From: an uncultured Dehalococcoidales bacterium | GTDB lineage: Bacteria > Chloroflexota > Dehalococcoidia > Dehalococcoidales > JAUYDJ01 | Direction of reading: 5' to 3' | Assembly (NCBI GenBank): GCA_964569555.1 | Contig: CAZMTT010000001.1 | Span: 1-57,761, forward strand | DNA: 57,761 bases | Shown here: piece after piece, positions 18,458 through 26,632 of the stretch | Layout: the number at the start of each line of letters is the position of its first letter | Position numbering within the stretch: position 1 is the first letter of the stretch | Notes under the pieces: model-generated | The model's input: only the letters and a program-made list of their open reading frames with translations | What the model was told of the DNA's origin: nothing | Databases searched by the model: none | Position numbers and translations under genes: made by a program

Positions 18458-19633
18458 ATGCCGAGCACTTATGAAAAAGAAGCCTACCAGTTTCTGGCTG
18501 CCTATCGCTTTTTGGCTTACGCTCTGGCGGCTATGTTCACGCAGGTGGTGCCGGCACTCAGTATGCCGGCAATACCCGAGTTTCATCTCTACATAGTCCT
18601 GGCCATACTCGGCATCTATACCATCCTGAAGGTCTTCTCTCCTCTCCGCTGGCGGGAGAGGAGCCCGATGACCTATCTGATTCTAATCGGTGATTTTGTG
18701 CTCTGCATCTCTCTGGTTATTGCCACCAATGGACTGAATAGCAGCTTCCTGCTCTATTCGCTTACGCCCATTATGACCGCCGCCCTTCTCTTTGAGGAGA
18801 AAATCTCCCTCTCTCTGGCCGCCATTGCCTCCCTCTCCCTCTCTATTACCCACCTGACGTTGAGTCCGTACCTGAAAATGATTGATTGGATTATGCAGGG
18901 GCATAACCTCACCCTGCTCATTGTCTACACCCTCTTCTGTTTTGTGGTGGCGGCGGTGCCTTACCGCATTAACCTGAACATACGCCGGCGCATCGAGAGA
19001 GAGGCGATTATTCAGGAGCGCCGCCGAATTGCCCGGGAGATACACGATGGCGTTGCCCAGTCGCTCGGTTACCTCAATCTGAAGACCAAGCAGGTAAGCG
19101 ATTTGGTTACTTCCCACGAGACCCTGAAAGCGCTTAACGAGCTTGGCGATGTCAGGAAGATAGTGCAGGATACCTATGAGGATATCCGGGAATCCATTGA
19201 CCAGTTGAGCACCGAGATAAAGAACCTGCCCATAATACCCGCCCTGTCCAACTATACCAGTGAATTCGGCAACAATAATGGCATCAAGGTTCAGTTTAAA
19301 ACCGCCAAGGGCTTTCCCAACCTTTCCCCGGTGGCTGAGCTGCAGTTACTGCGCATCGCCCAGGAGACGCTGACCAATGTCAGGCGACACGCCCTGGCCA
19401 GTGAGGTAGGGGTTAAGCTGGAGAATACCCGTGATACGGTGACCATGAAAATCAAAGACAACGGGCACGGCTTCGTCCTCTCCGACCTGGAAAAAGCCCC
19501 GCCCGGCTACCACGGGCTGGCCATCATCAAAGAGAGGGCGGAGGGGCTGGGCGGTAGTCTGGAGATTACCTCTACCCCTCAGAAGGGGACGGAGCTGAAA
19601 GTTACCCTGCCTCTGGAGAAAGTGAGGCTGTAA
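18458..19633 (+). CDS. sensor histidine kinase, HisKA_3 (NarX/DesK-like) type, with a polytopic N-terminus
   Basis: 5-6 TM helices. H-box REIHDGVAQSL. N box LLRIAQETLTNVRRHA. G boxes DNGHGF and GLAIIKERAEGLGG. Confidence 0.85.
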   Translation: MPSTYEKEAYQFLAAYRFLAYALAAMFTQVVPALSMPAIPEFHLYIVLAILGIYTILKVFSPLRWRERSPMTYLILIGDFVLCISLVIATNGLNSSFLLYSLTPIMTAALLFEEKISLSLAAIASLSLSITHLTLSPYLKMIDWIMQGHNLTLLIVYTLFCFVVAAVPYRINLNIRRRIEREAIIQERRRIAREIHDGVAQSLGYLNLKTKQVSDLVTSHETLKALNELGDVRKIVQDTYEDIRESIDQLSTEIKNLPIIPALSNYTSEFGNNNGIKVQFKTAKGFPNLSPVAELQLLRIAQETLTNVRRHALASEVGVKLENTRDTVTMKIKDNGHGFVLSDLEKAPPGYHGLAIIKERAEGLGGSLEITSTPQKGTELKVTLPLEKVRL

Positions 19634-19634
19634 A

Positions 19635-20303
19635 GTGGAAGCGGTTAGAGTACTTATTGTGGATGACCATAGCCTGTTTCGCCGTGGCATCGCCAGCGTC
19701 TTAAGCAATGAAAAAAGCCTGAAGGTAGTCGGGGAGGCGGCTGATGGGCTGGAGGCGATTGAAAAGACGAAGCAAATCGCCCCGGATGTGATTCTGATGG
19801 ACCTCAGTATGCCACGCTGCAGCGGGCTGGAAGCCATTCAAGCCATCCAGACCGAGATGCCCCAGATTAATATTCTGGTCCTGACTGTCTCGGAGATGGA
19901 AGCTGACCTTCTGGCCGCCGTAAAATATGGTGCCCGCGGCTACCTGCTGAAGAAGGCGGAGCCGGAAGAGCTAATTCACGCCATCACTCATATTGCCCAG
20001 GGTGGCGTGATAATTTCACCACTGATGGCGGCCAAGCTGCTTACCGAGTTCAAGGAACTCAGCGCCGGGGTGAAAAAGGGACCGAGCAAGGAAGCTAAGG
20101 CTGACCTGAGCCCGCGGGAGGATGAGGTGCTGCACCTGGTGGCGCAGGGGGCAACCAATCGGGAAATCGCTGACTCCCTGTTTATCTCGGAGAACACGGT
20201 AAAGACCCACCTGAAGAGTATTATGGAGAAGCTGCACCTGGTAAACCGAAGTCAGGCGGCGGCTTATGCGGTTACGAAGGGGCTGATTCAGAATAAAGAC
20301 TAA
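19635..20303 (+). CDS. NarL/LuxR-family response regulator (canonical receiver)
   Basis: VLIVDDHSLFRRG, ILMDLSMP, LVLTVS, GYLLKK, and the LuxR HTH EVLHLVAQGATNREIADSLFISENTVKTHLKSIMEKL. GTG start 1 nt after the kinase stop. Confidence 0.9.
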   Translation: MEAVRVLIVDDHSLFRRGIASVLSNEKSLKVVGEAADGLEAIEKTKQIAPDVILMDLSMPRCSGLEAIQAIQTEMPQINILVLTVSEMEADLLAAVKYGARGYLLKKAEPEELIHAITHIAQGGVIISPLMAAKLLTEFKELSAGVKKGPSKEAKADLSPREDEVLHLVAQGATNREIADSLFISENTVKTHLKSIMEKLHLVNRSQAAAYAVTKGLIQNKD

Positions 20304-20322
20304 GTGAGCCGGTAAGGCTCAC
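20304..20322 (+). other. stem-loop directly after the response-regulator stop codon
   Basis: GTGAGCC-ggtaa-GGCTCAC. There is no U-tract, so terminator function is uncertain. Confidence 0.3.
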
Positions 20323-20397
20323 CGTCAGCTACGGAAAGTTGCTTACTCACCCGAAAGTGCTAGTCTCCCCCCTTACTAAAATCACCCCCTTGCAGGA

Positions 20398-20426
20398 TTG
20401 TCAACGCCAGCCTTATCACCTAATAT
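20398..20426 (+). promoter_or_regulatory. candidate sigma70-type promoter of the major pilin gene
   Basis: TTGTCA (20398-20403), 17-nt spacer, TAATAT (20421-20426). About 70-nt leader, then SD AAAGGAGG before the ATG at 20500. Confidence 0.45.
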
Positions 20427-20499
20427 TGAGTGTAGCCATAGTAAAAGAGCTAGCTGTGGTCATTTCTTAAGAAAAATATAGCGGAAAGGAGGTCGCCAA

Positions 20500-20889
20500 A
20501 TGAGGATGCCTAAGCGAGGGGAGAAAGGTTTTACCCTGATTGAGCTTTTGATTGTGGTCGCCATCCTGGGTGTACTGGCGGCAATAGTCATCCCCAATGT
20601 AGGCCGGTTCATCGGCCGGGGTGAAAGTGAAGCCGCCGCTACCGAGCTGGAGAACATCCAGAACGCGACGCTGTCCATGATGACGGACCTGGGGCTGGAG
20701 ACTCTGGATAATCCGGAGACTACGGCCACCAGTGATATGGGTGCTTTCCCCGATTCCACCAATGGATATATACTCTATGGTTTCATAAGCGGAAATCAGA
20801 CGATCAACTATCTTGCCACGCAGACCACCAAGGGCACCTACACGGTGGATGCCCTGGGAACAGTGAGCCAGAACGCCACAGGCTACTAA
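20500..20889 (+). CDS. pilA: type IV (major) pilin, prepilin-type N-terminal cleavage/methylation domain
   Basis: MRMPKRGEKG|FTLIELLIVVAILGVLAAIVIPNV: a short basic leader, Gly-1, Phe+1, Glu+5. Small 129-aa protein with a strong SD, its own promoter and its own terminator. Confidence 0.85.
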   Translation: MRMPKRGEKGFTLIELLIVVAILGVLAAIVIPNVGRFIGRGESEAAATELENIQNATLSMMTDLGLETLDNPETTATSDMGAFPDSTNGYILYGFISGNQTINYLATQTTKGTYTVDALGTVSQNATGY

Positions 20890-20980
20890 TAGCTCATAGG
20901 TTAAGTGCTTTCAACAGTATCTGAGTTAAAAGATTAAAAGGTTAATTGAGGGGGGTATTGATGGGGGGTGGAGTCCGAAG

Positions 20981-21019
20981 GCAGGTGCCCGGGAGATAAC
21001 AGGGCACCTGCTCTGTTTT
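20981..21019 (+). terminator. rho-independent terminator downstream of the pilin gene
   Basis: 10-bp GC-rich stem GCAGGTGCCC (20981-20990)/GGGCACCTGC (21002-21011), followed by TCTGTTTT. Confidence 0.7.
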
Positions 21020-21075
21020 GGTTAGCTAAACTCAAAGATTATAGGGATAGTAGATAGTAGGGGGGGAGTAAATTT

Positions 21076-21261
21076 ATGGATTATCCGGCTAAAACCTGTC
21101 CTCACTGCAAGGTGCCATTAAGGCCGGGTGAAGGCGCCTTTGAACTCTCCAGGAGGGGAGTACCAAGCTCAGAGTCCTCGGCGCTTTCCGTCTCACTATA
21201 TTCCTGCCCGCAATGTGGTTATATTGAACTTTATAACCTCAAGGTCGTTGGTCGCCTCTGA
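21076..21261 (+). CDS. small zinc-ribbon protein (hypothetical)
   Basis: CPHC...CPQC pairs in 61 aa. Good SD (GGGGGGAG) 8 nt upstream of the ATG. Confidence 0.5.
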   Translation: MDYPAKTCPHCKVPLRPGEGAFELSRRGVPSSESSALSVSLYSCPQCGYIELYNLKVVGRL

Positions 21262-21278
21262 GTGATAGAGTGGCTCTA

Positions 21279-22802
21279 TCACTCAACAGTCTTGGTTTCA
21301 ACAACGATGGTACCGGCTTTGGTGTAGGGGTAGCCCTCCGGAGGTGGGATGGGGGTTAAAAATTGACCGCTTTCCTCCAGAGCGGTGAGGTATTTTCTAA
21401 AGATAAGGTAACTGTCTGCCTGACAGGTAATGGTTATTTTATCGCCCTGGTGAACGACGTCCTGCACCTGAACACCAAGCTGGTCGGCTTCGTCCTGAAT
21501 CAGCGTCAGGTCTTCAGTAAAGCCGCCGCCCAGATTAACAATGGCGTTATATTCGTCAATAGCCTTTTGCAGTGGTTCACGCTGGGCAATTTCCAGCTTC
21601 CTCCGTTCCAGCTCGTTATTAAATAGATTAAGCTTGGACTCTAACTGAGCCGTTTTCCCCATAGTATCAGAGGTCATTTGATATATCGGGAATAGCAGGA
21701 CGGTAGCCGCAATCAGCGAAACAACGATGTATACCTGCTTGGCAGAGGGTCGCCATGGGCGGTAGGTCCTGGGCAGGAGATTAATATCAAGTGATGAAAG
21801 GCCCTCATGTCCGAGACCTTCAGACAGCTCAGCTTCCCTCAGGGCAAGTCCGATGTTGACCGCATATTGAGAGACAGGGAAGTCGGCGGGGTATTCCAGA
21901 GGTGGTGCCAGCGGCTCAATGGGGTAGCCTAACCTTGCTTTTAGCTTATCTCTCGGGATAGCTTCCTCGGGCATCTGCCCGGTAATGAAGAAGGGTGTAT
22001 CCGGGTCGAGGGGTGTATCCGGGTGACGGGCATTATGAAAGTCTACCGTCAGCTCCATGGTCACCGCCAGATGCTCCGCCTTTTCTTCCGTGGTGAGTTT
22101 TTCCGGTTGCCAGGGTATAGTACGTATGATTTCAGGTATACCGTTAACCACGACAATGATATCAAAGCTGGCCGGTTCGGTATTGAGGATAAGAGCCTGT
22201 TCTCTATTGACTGCCCTGGTCAGGGCGATAGCCTTGAGTTCCAGTATGCTCGGATTGACGCCAGCCGCCTTCAAAGACTGTACTTCATTATCAATTGTGT
22301 CTCTGGGCACCCCGATGAGAAGAGCATGTGGCTCACCCTCACCGGCAAAAATAGTTTGCCAGGTGAGATATAGCTTGTCTTCCACCAGGGGCATTGTCTC
22401 CCGGGCTAAATCTTCAAAAGCTTCCTCCATGGTTGCCCCCGGTTCCGGGACTGGCATGGGCACGATGCGGCTTACCGAGTAAAGACCGCTGGCACTAGCC
22501 GTGATATCCCGTGCCCTGATACCGCTTGAATTCATCAGCTCCTTAACTACCGAGCCCAGAGGTTCGGCTTCAGGACCTGCCTCCCCTTCGGTGGCTGCCT
22601 CACTTGATTCGAGGGAAGCACTTGCCCAATTTTTGACTACTTTCCCCCGGGTCTCCAGGAGCCTGATGGCAGTGCTATCGATGTCAAGGGTTACCACTCC
22701 TCCGGTGGTTGTCCACCTCTTGGTGGACCTGCCTATCGCCTTCTGGAGTTTGTGCCAAGCCGTGCTTATATCAAGCTGTAAGAGGCCATTAGCCACGGTC
22801 AA
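21279..22802 (-). CDS. pilM: PilM fused to a PilN-like TM/coiled-coil segment (locus 2)
   Basis: Same architecture as 6037..7506: an actin-like N-part, the LNILP/INLLP motif, a TM helix (VYIVVSLIAATVLLFPIY), a coiled coil and a small C-domain. Confidence 0.75.
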   Translation of the reverse strand: MTVANGLLQLDISTAWHKLQKAIGRSTKRWTTTGGVVTLDIDSTAIRLLETRGKVVKNWASASLESSEAATEGEAGPEAEPLGSVVKELMNSSGIRARDITASASGLYSVSRIVPMPVPEPGATMEEAFEDLARETMPLVEDKLYLTWQTIFAGEGEPHALLIGVPRDTIDNEVQSLKAAGVNPSILELKAIALTRAVNREQALILNTEPASFDIIVVVNGIPEIIRTIPWQPEKLTTEEKAEHLAVTMELTVDFHNARHPDTPLDPDTPFFITGQMPEEAIPRDKLKARLGYPIEPLAPPLEYPADFPVSQYAVNIGLALREAELSEGLGHEGLSSLDINLLPRTYRPWRPSAKQVYIVVSLIAATVLLFPIYQMTSDTMGKTAQLESKLNLFNNELERRKLEIAQREPLQKAIDEYNAIVNLGGGFTEDLTLIQDEADQLGVQVQDVVHQGDKITITCQADSYLIFRKYLTALEESGQFLTPIPPPEGYPYTKAGTIVVETKTVE

Positions 22803-22829
22803 TTACTCCTTTCAGCATGGTCAGCCAAG

Positions 22830-24209
22830 CTATTCACTCTCCTGGGGTTTGGTATAGATTTCAACATTCAAAATGGCCAGGGTATCAACGTTCAGGTACT
22901 CGGTGGCGCTTGATACATCCGGACCGTCAAATTGCCGTACCGTCCCGTCCCGCTCGCAGGTATAGTAATACTCAGTGCTCAGGTAGGGGAAATAGCTTAT
23001 GGTTTCAAACTCGGTGGTATTAGTACTGACGGTCTTATCATGCTCATAAAGCACATATCCATTCCTGGGGAAGCGGTCTCCGGTGTAGCCTTTTTCTTCG
23101 GTGTTGGTGATGATATCGGGAAAGCCTTCTTTGGCTATCTTGGTGCTGGGGTTATCCCCCATAAAATTGGTGGCCACACCACTGATAAAGTTCAGCGAGT
23201 TGGGTATCAGGGCCAGGTTATTATCCTGCATCATCTCAATGACGGCTGCGGAGACGAGGTACAGCTCTCTCCGCCTCGCTTCCCGCTCGCTGATGGGATA
23301 CTCGGCGGCGGTGGTTACATCGGGACCGTCAAACTGCCGTATGGTTCCATCAGCCTCACAGGTGTAGTAGTATTCCGTTTCTAAATCGGGAAAGTAGCTA
23401 ACGGTGGTGAAATCCTCCGTAGCCGTGTCTACGATTTTGTCATGCTCATAAAGCACGTATCCATTCCGTGGTGACTCCTCACCAATGTAGCCTTTCTGGT
23501 CTACGGTGCTGATAATATCGGGGAAGCCTTCTATTTTGTCCCTGGTATCAGGGTCATCGCCCATCTTATTGCTGGCCAGTCCGCTGACAAAGTCCATCGG
23601 ATAGGGTATCTTGGACAGGTCGTTATCCGCCATCAGGTCCTGCACCGCCAGGAATATAGCGTAAAATTCCTCCTGTCTGGCTTCCTCTTCCGAGGTGCCC
23701 GCAAATTCAAACTGGCTGATATGGGCGCTCTTAAGCACCATAGTCTGCAGTATCTCACTGGAGTCGAGCTTGGTGACAAATGCCATCACATTGTCATAGT
23801 CGCCCTGCGCCCGGATATTGTTGATAGCCAAGACCTGGTATTTGCCCTCACCCATCTGCTTTGTTTGGGGTGGATTTAGCGGCGGGATGGTAAATTCGCC
23901 GCTATCCGGGTCGACATCAACCCCGCTCTCATCAGCCAGTTTAACGATGATATCAAGAACTTCCTCCGCGGCTAGCGGAGCCAGGGCCTGGTTAACCGTT
24001 TCGTACTCCGCCTGTAACTTCTCCACTGAGGGTAATGGCTTGTTAACTACACTGCTTATTCCGGTGATTCGTTTTTGAAGTTCGGCCTGCTTTGAGTTCT
24101 GCTGAAAATAGAGAATGCCCATGGCGGTATAGAGAATCAGGAAGAAACCAAATAAAAATAGGGAGCCGGTGGGCCAATATCTCTGTAACAGAGCTTTTAG
24201 TCTGTCCAT
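22830..24209 (-). CDS. PilO-like bitopic protein with a C-terminal tandem duplication of a ~134-aa pilin-head-like domain
   Basis: TM helix FLFGFFLILYTAMGILYF, a coiled coil and a globular part, as in 5481..6044. Two internal repeats follow (residues ~174-304 and ~307-438). Confidence 0.6.
   Translation of the reverse strand: MDRLKALLQRYWPTGSLFLFGFFLILYTAMGILYFQQNSKQAELQKRITGISSVVNKPLPSVEKLQAEYETVNQALAPLAAEEVLDIIVKLADESGVDVDPDSGEFTIPPLNPPQTKQMGEGKYQVLAINNIRAQGDYDNVMAFVTKLDSSEILQTMVLKSAHISQFEFAGTSEEEARQEEFYAIFLAVQDLMADNDLSKIPYPMDFVSGLASNKMGDDPDTRDKIEGFPDIISTVDQKGYIGEESPRNGYVLYEHDKIVDTATEDFTTVSYFPDLETEYYYTCEADGTIRQFDGPDVTTAAEYPISEREARRRELYLVSAAVIEMMQDNNLALIPNSLNFISGVATNFMGDNPSTKIAKEGFPDIITNTEEKGYTGDRFPRNGYVLYEHDKTVSTNTTEFETISYFPYLSTEYYYTCERDGTVRQFDGPDVSSATEYLNVDTLAILNVEIYTKPQESE
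22896..23690 (-). repeat. intragenic tandem duplication (2 x ~400 bp, diverged) encoding the repeated domain
   Basis: Copy 1 is 23298-23690 and copy 2 is 22896-23291. Shared blocks include GFPDII, PRNGYVLYEHDK, VSYFP/ISYFP, TEYYYTCE-DGT-RQFDGPDV and AEY/TEY. Confidence 0.7.
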
Positions 24210-24275
24210 TCTTTAATCTTCTTTAATCTCAACTAGCTTTTGCATCTATTACCGGAAGAGCCGGTTTCTTTTCGC

Positions 24276-24653
24276 CTATTGCCATCTGTCACGCAGCGCC
24301 TTCTGCACCCTCTCTTCTACGGTTTCCTCTATCGCCTGTTCAGTTGGCTTTTCTGATTCTTGCTCCAGCCTGGCCAGTTCCTCATCATAGAAAAAGGAAT
24401 ATAGTTGTCTCCCCCGCCGCCACCCCACCAGCCAGACCATAGCCAGGCCGAAGATGGCAATCGGCCCCACCCACTCAATGCCGAGGCCTTCAAAGAGCAG
24501 GATGATAACCAGGATTAAGATGGCGAACAGAAAGATAGCACAGTTAAGGTCCCACCGCGAGTTTCTGGACCTTACTCTGGCTCTGGCCGCCGCCAGCGCT
24601 TTCATTTCCTCAATTTTATCGGTGGCTTCCGAGGGAGCTTTGGTTTCTTCCAT
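24276..24653 (-). CDS. small 2-TM membrane protein with charged termini (hypothetical)
   Basis: 125 aa. Hydrophobic core NCAIFLFAILILVIILLF and GPIAIFGLAMVWLVGW. SD AAGGAGAAAAA before the ATG. No counterpart in locus 1. Confidence 0.5.
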   Translation of the reverse strand: MEETKAPSEATDKIEEMKALAAARARVRSRNSRWDLNCAIFLFAILILVIILLFEGLGIEWVGPIAIFGLAMVWLVGWRRGRQLYSFFYDEELARLEQESEKPTEQAIEETVEERVQKALRDRWQ

Positions 24654-24678
24654 ATTTTTCTCCTTGTCTTTTTAGGTG

Positions 24679-24705
24679 CTTGGTGAGCACTATACACTCA
24701 CCAAG
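24679..24705 (-). other. intercistronic stem-loop between the PilX-like gene and the 2-TM gene
   Basis: CTTGGTGAG-9 nt-CTCACCAAG, a 9-bp perfect stem. No U-tract on the coding (-) strand. Confidence 0.3.
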
Positions 24706-24734
24706 CGTTATTATCAATGATAGCTAGATGCCTG

Positions 24735-26138
24735 CTATCTCATTTGATACGAAGTTATCGAAACACCACCGACCACCAGCGCCAGGTTGGAGTCAAGAAT
24801 TATCCCCTCGGCATCAGCCCGCGAGTCATAGGTGGGCACGGTCACGGCACCGCTGTTCCAGCTGTAGCAGGTGTAATATTCATCCCCGGTAATACCAATG
24901 TCTAGGAATACCTGCGGTATCGAAACATCAGAAATTACCTGAACCTCGTTGTAGTAGCTGCCGGACACGTCCTTGGTCGTGGTGGCCACGAAGTCTAGGT
25001 GCAAAGTCTCACCAGCGGCGATGGATATCGCCGGCGAGAACAACCAGTAAAGCTCCAGCCGGTCTACGCCGTTGATTTCTCTCTCGGTCTCCACCGGGTC
25101 ATTAGTGGTCATATTACTGGTCGGACCGGTGTAGGTGAAGCCCGGGGGCAGGTAGTCATATATTTCCTCAATATGGTTGGTAAAACCGTCCTGGTTGGTG
25201 ATTTGGATGGTGTAATCAATATCGGTCAATACGCCGGGCGGGATAATCTCGGGGTCGGAGGTTTTCACTATCTGGATTAGCCCGTCATCATCACATACCC
25301 CGGGATTGGCCGGGTTCCCCACCGTCAGAGGGGCCTGGGGACCGCTGAGGGTATCCCATGGCTTCAAGACAATCCAGTTGCAGTGCACCCGGTCGTTGTC
25401 CGCCGCTTTAAACTGGTGTGTCAACTTGAATTTTATTTCCTTCACCTGCCTGGCGGTGAAGTTCCTCATGCCGTGAAAGTAGTTGGGACTGGTGTTGTCC
25501 GAGGAGAAGGGATTGGCTTCGGTGTCAGGGTTGTAATTGGCCGGCCACTTCAGACGCCAGCGTGTGGGCGGGTTCTCGAAGGCAGGGTCGGGGATGCTCA
25601 GCCAGGGACCGCCGTCTGTTCTCATATAACAGCTACCCTCGACAAACTCAGTGTCATCGTAAACGTCGGGCAGGATTTCATAGACAGCATCCAGACCCTG
25701 GGTGGTATTGGCGCTGAGCTGTTCCAGTTTTATGGTATAGGTAACGGTTTGTAAGGTGTTATTGGGGATGGTGTCCGGGGTAACCGTCTTGGTCGGCTGG
25801 ATGACGTCATCGGTGGCCAGGATTATCCCGCCTTTACCGGGCACCGCCCGCATGATGATGGTGAGGTTGACCGATATCGGGCAGGTATCGCAGGTGAGGT
25901 ATCCCACCGGATTCTCTGTTGTGAATTCATTGCCGAACTCGTCATACAGTAGCTTCCACAGGATGTATTCCTGCGCCGTGTCGGCGGCGTAGATTAACTG
26001 CGTCTGGCGGGTGGCAATCTGGCTGCTCTTGAGTGAGGTATCGGTCAGCCGGAGCGCCTGAATTGCCAGTGTTGAGCCGATGGCGAGCAGTATCAGGACC
26101 AGAAGGAAGACCTGTCCCACCTCTTTCTTTTTCATCAC
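24735..26138 (-). CDS. large PilX-like pilus protein with two DUF11/Ig-like domains (candidate tip adhesin)
   Basis: N-terminal helix GQVFLLVLILLAIGSTLAI without Glu+5. PilX_N-like LIYAADTAQEYILW. Two segments match the DUF11 pattern: KTVTPDTIP...VTYTIKL...ILPD, and VKTSDPEIIPPGVLTDIDYTIQITNQDG...IYDYLPPGFTY. Confidence 0.6.
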   Translation of the reverse strand: MMKKKEVGQVFLLVLILLAIGSTLAIQALRLTDTSLKSSQIATRQTQLIYAADTAQEYILWKLLYDEFGNEFTTENPVGYLTCDTCPISVNLTIIMRAVPGKGGIILATDDVIQPTKTVTPDTIPNNTLQTVTYTIKLEQLSANTTQGLDAVYEILPDVYDDTEFVEGSCYMRTDGGPWLSIPDPAFENPPTRWRLKWPANYNPDTEANPFSSDNTSPNYFHGMRNFTARQVKEIKFKLTHQFKAADNDRVHCNWIVLKPWDTLSGPQAPLTVGNPANPGVCDDDGLIQIVKTSDPEIIPPGVLTDIDYTIQITNQDGFTNHIEEIYDYLPPGFTYTGPTSNMTTNDPVETEREINGVDRLELYWLFSPAISIAAGETLHLDFVATTTKDVSGSYYNEVQVISDVSIPQVFLDIGITGDEYYTCYSWNSGAVTVPTYDSRADAEGIILDSNLALVVGGVSITSYQMR

Positions 26139-26632
26139 TCTATCACCTCCGCCCGGATAAAGCCGCTGAACTCAACGGTGGCGCTCCGCTGCGGTACGCT
26201 GGAACCGGTGGCGGTAATGGTGACATTGATTACTCTGCCGTTCTGGGTAAAGCCGAGGTCGGTTATGTGCCGGCCCACAATGCTCATCACGCCGTCGTAG
26301 GTGCGCTGCAGCACGGTACCGGAAAGGGTGTACTGGCAGTTATGGGAAGTGCTGTTCTCCGATGAAAAGCCGGTGTAGTCCGTCCAGCTCAGGGTCACCG
26401 AGCTTTGCGGGACCGGGTCGCCGTCGGTGAGGTCGGTGGTCTGGGTCATCATCAGGTCTTTCTTGATGGCTAACGCTGCCTGATTTACATCGGTCAGGGC
26501 GACCACCTGGCTGTTGTTCCGGCCGGTGCCCCAGACAATCTGGTAGAAGCTCATAGAGGCGCCTACCAGTATGACGCTGCCGATGGCTAGCGTTACCAAT
26601 AGTTCAATCAGTGTGAACCCGGCCTGTTTCAT
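26135..26632 (-). CDS. prepilin-type minor pilin/pseudopilin
   Basis: MKQAG|FTLIELLVTLAIGSVIL, a canonical cleavage/methylation motif. 4-nt overlaps on both sides. Confidence 0.8.
   Translation of the reverse strand: MKQAGFTLIELLVTLAIGSVILVGASMSFYQIVWGTGRNNSQVVALTDVNQAALAIKKDLMMTQTTDLTDGDPVPQSSVTLSWTDYTGFSSENSTSHNCQYTLSGTVLQRTYDGVMSIVGRHITDLGFTQNGRVINVTITATGSSVPQRSATVEFSGFIRAEVIE

Noticed and set aside
19346-19837. 163-aa - strand ORF bridging the kinase/response-regulator junction
   Set aside because: It is antisense to two well-supported genes, has a low-complexity translation and no SD.
20427-20499. Possible structured leader or riboswitch in the pilin 5' UTR
   Set aside because: I could find only a weak 7-bp pairing with two G-U wobbles (GCCAUAG/CUGUGGU). 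Nothing resembles a c-di-GMP riboswitch, so the support is too weak to report.
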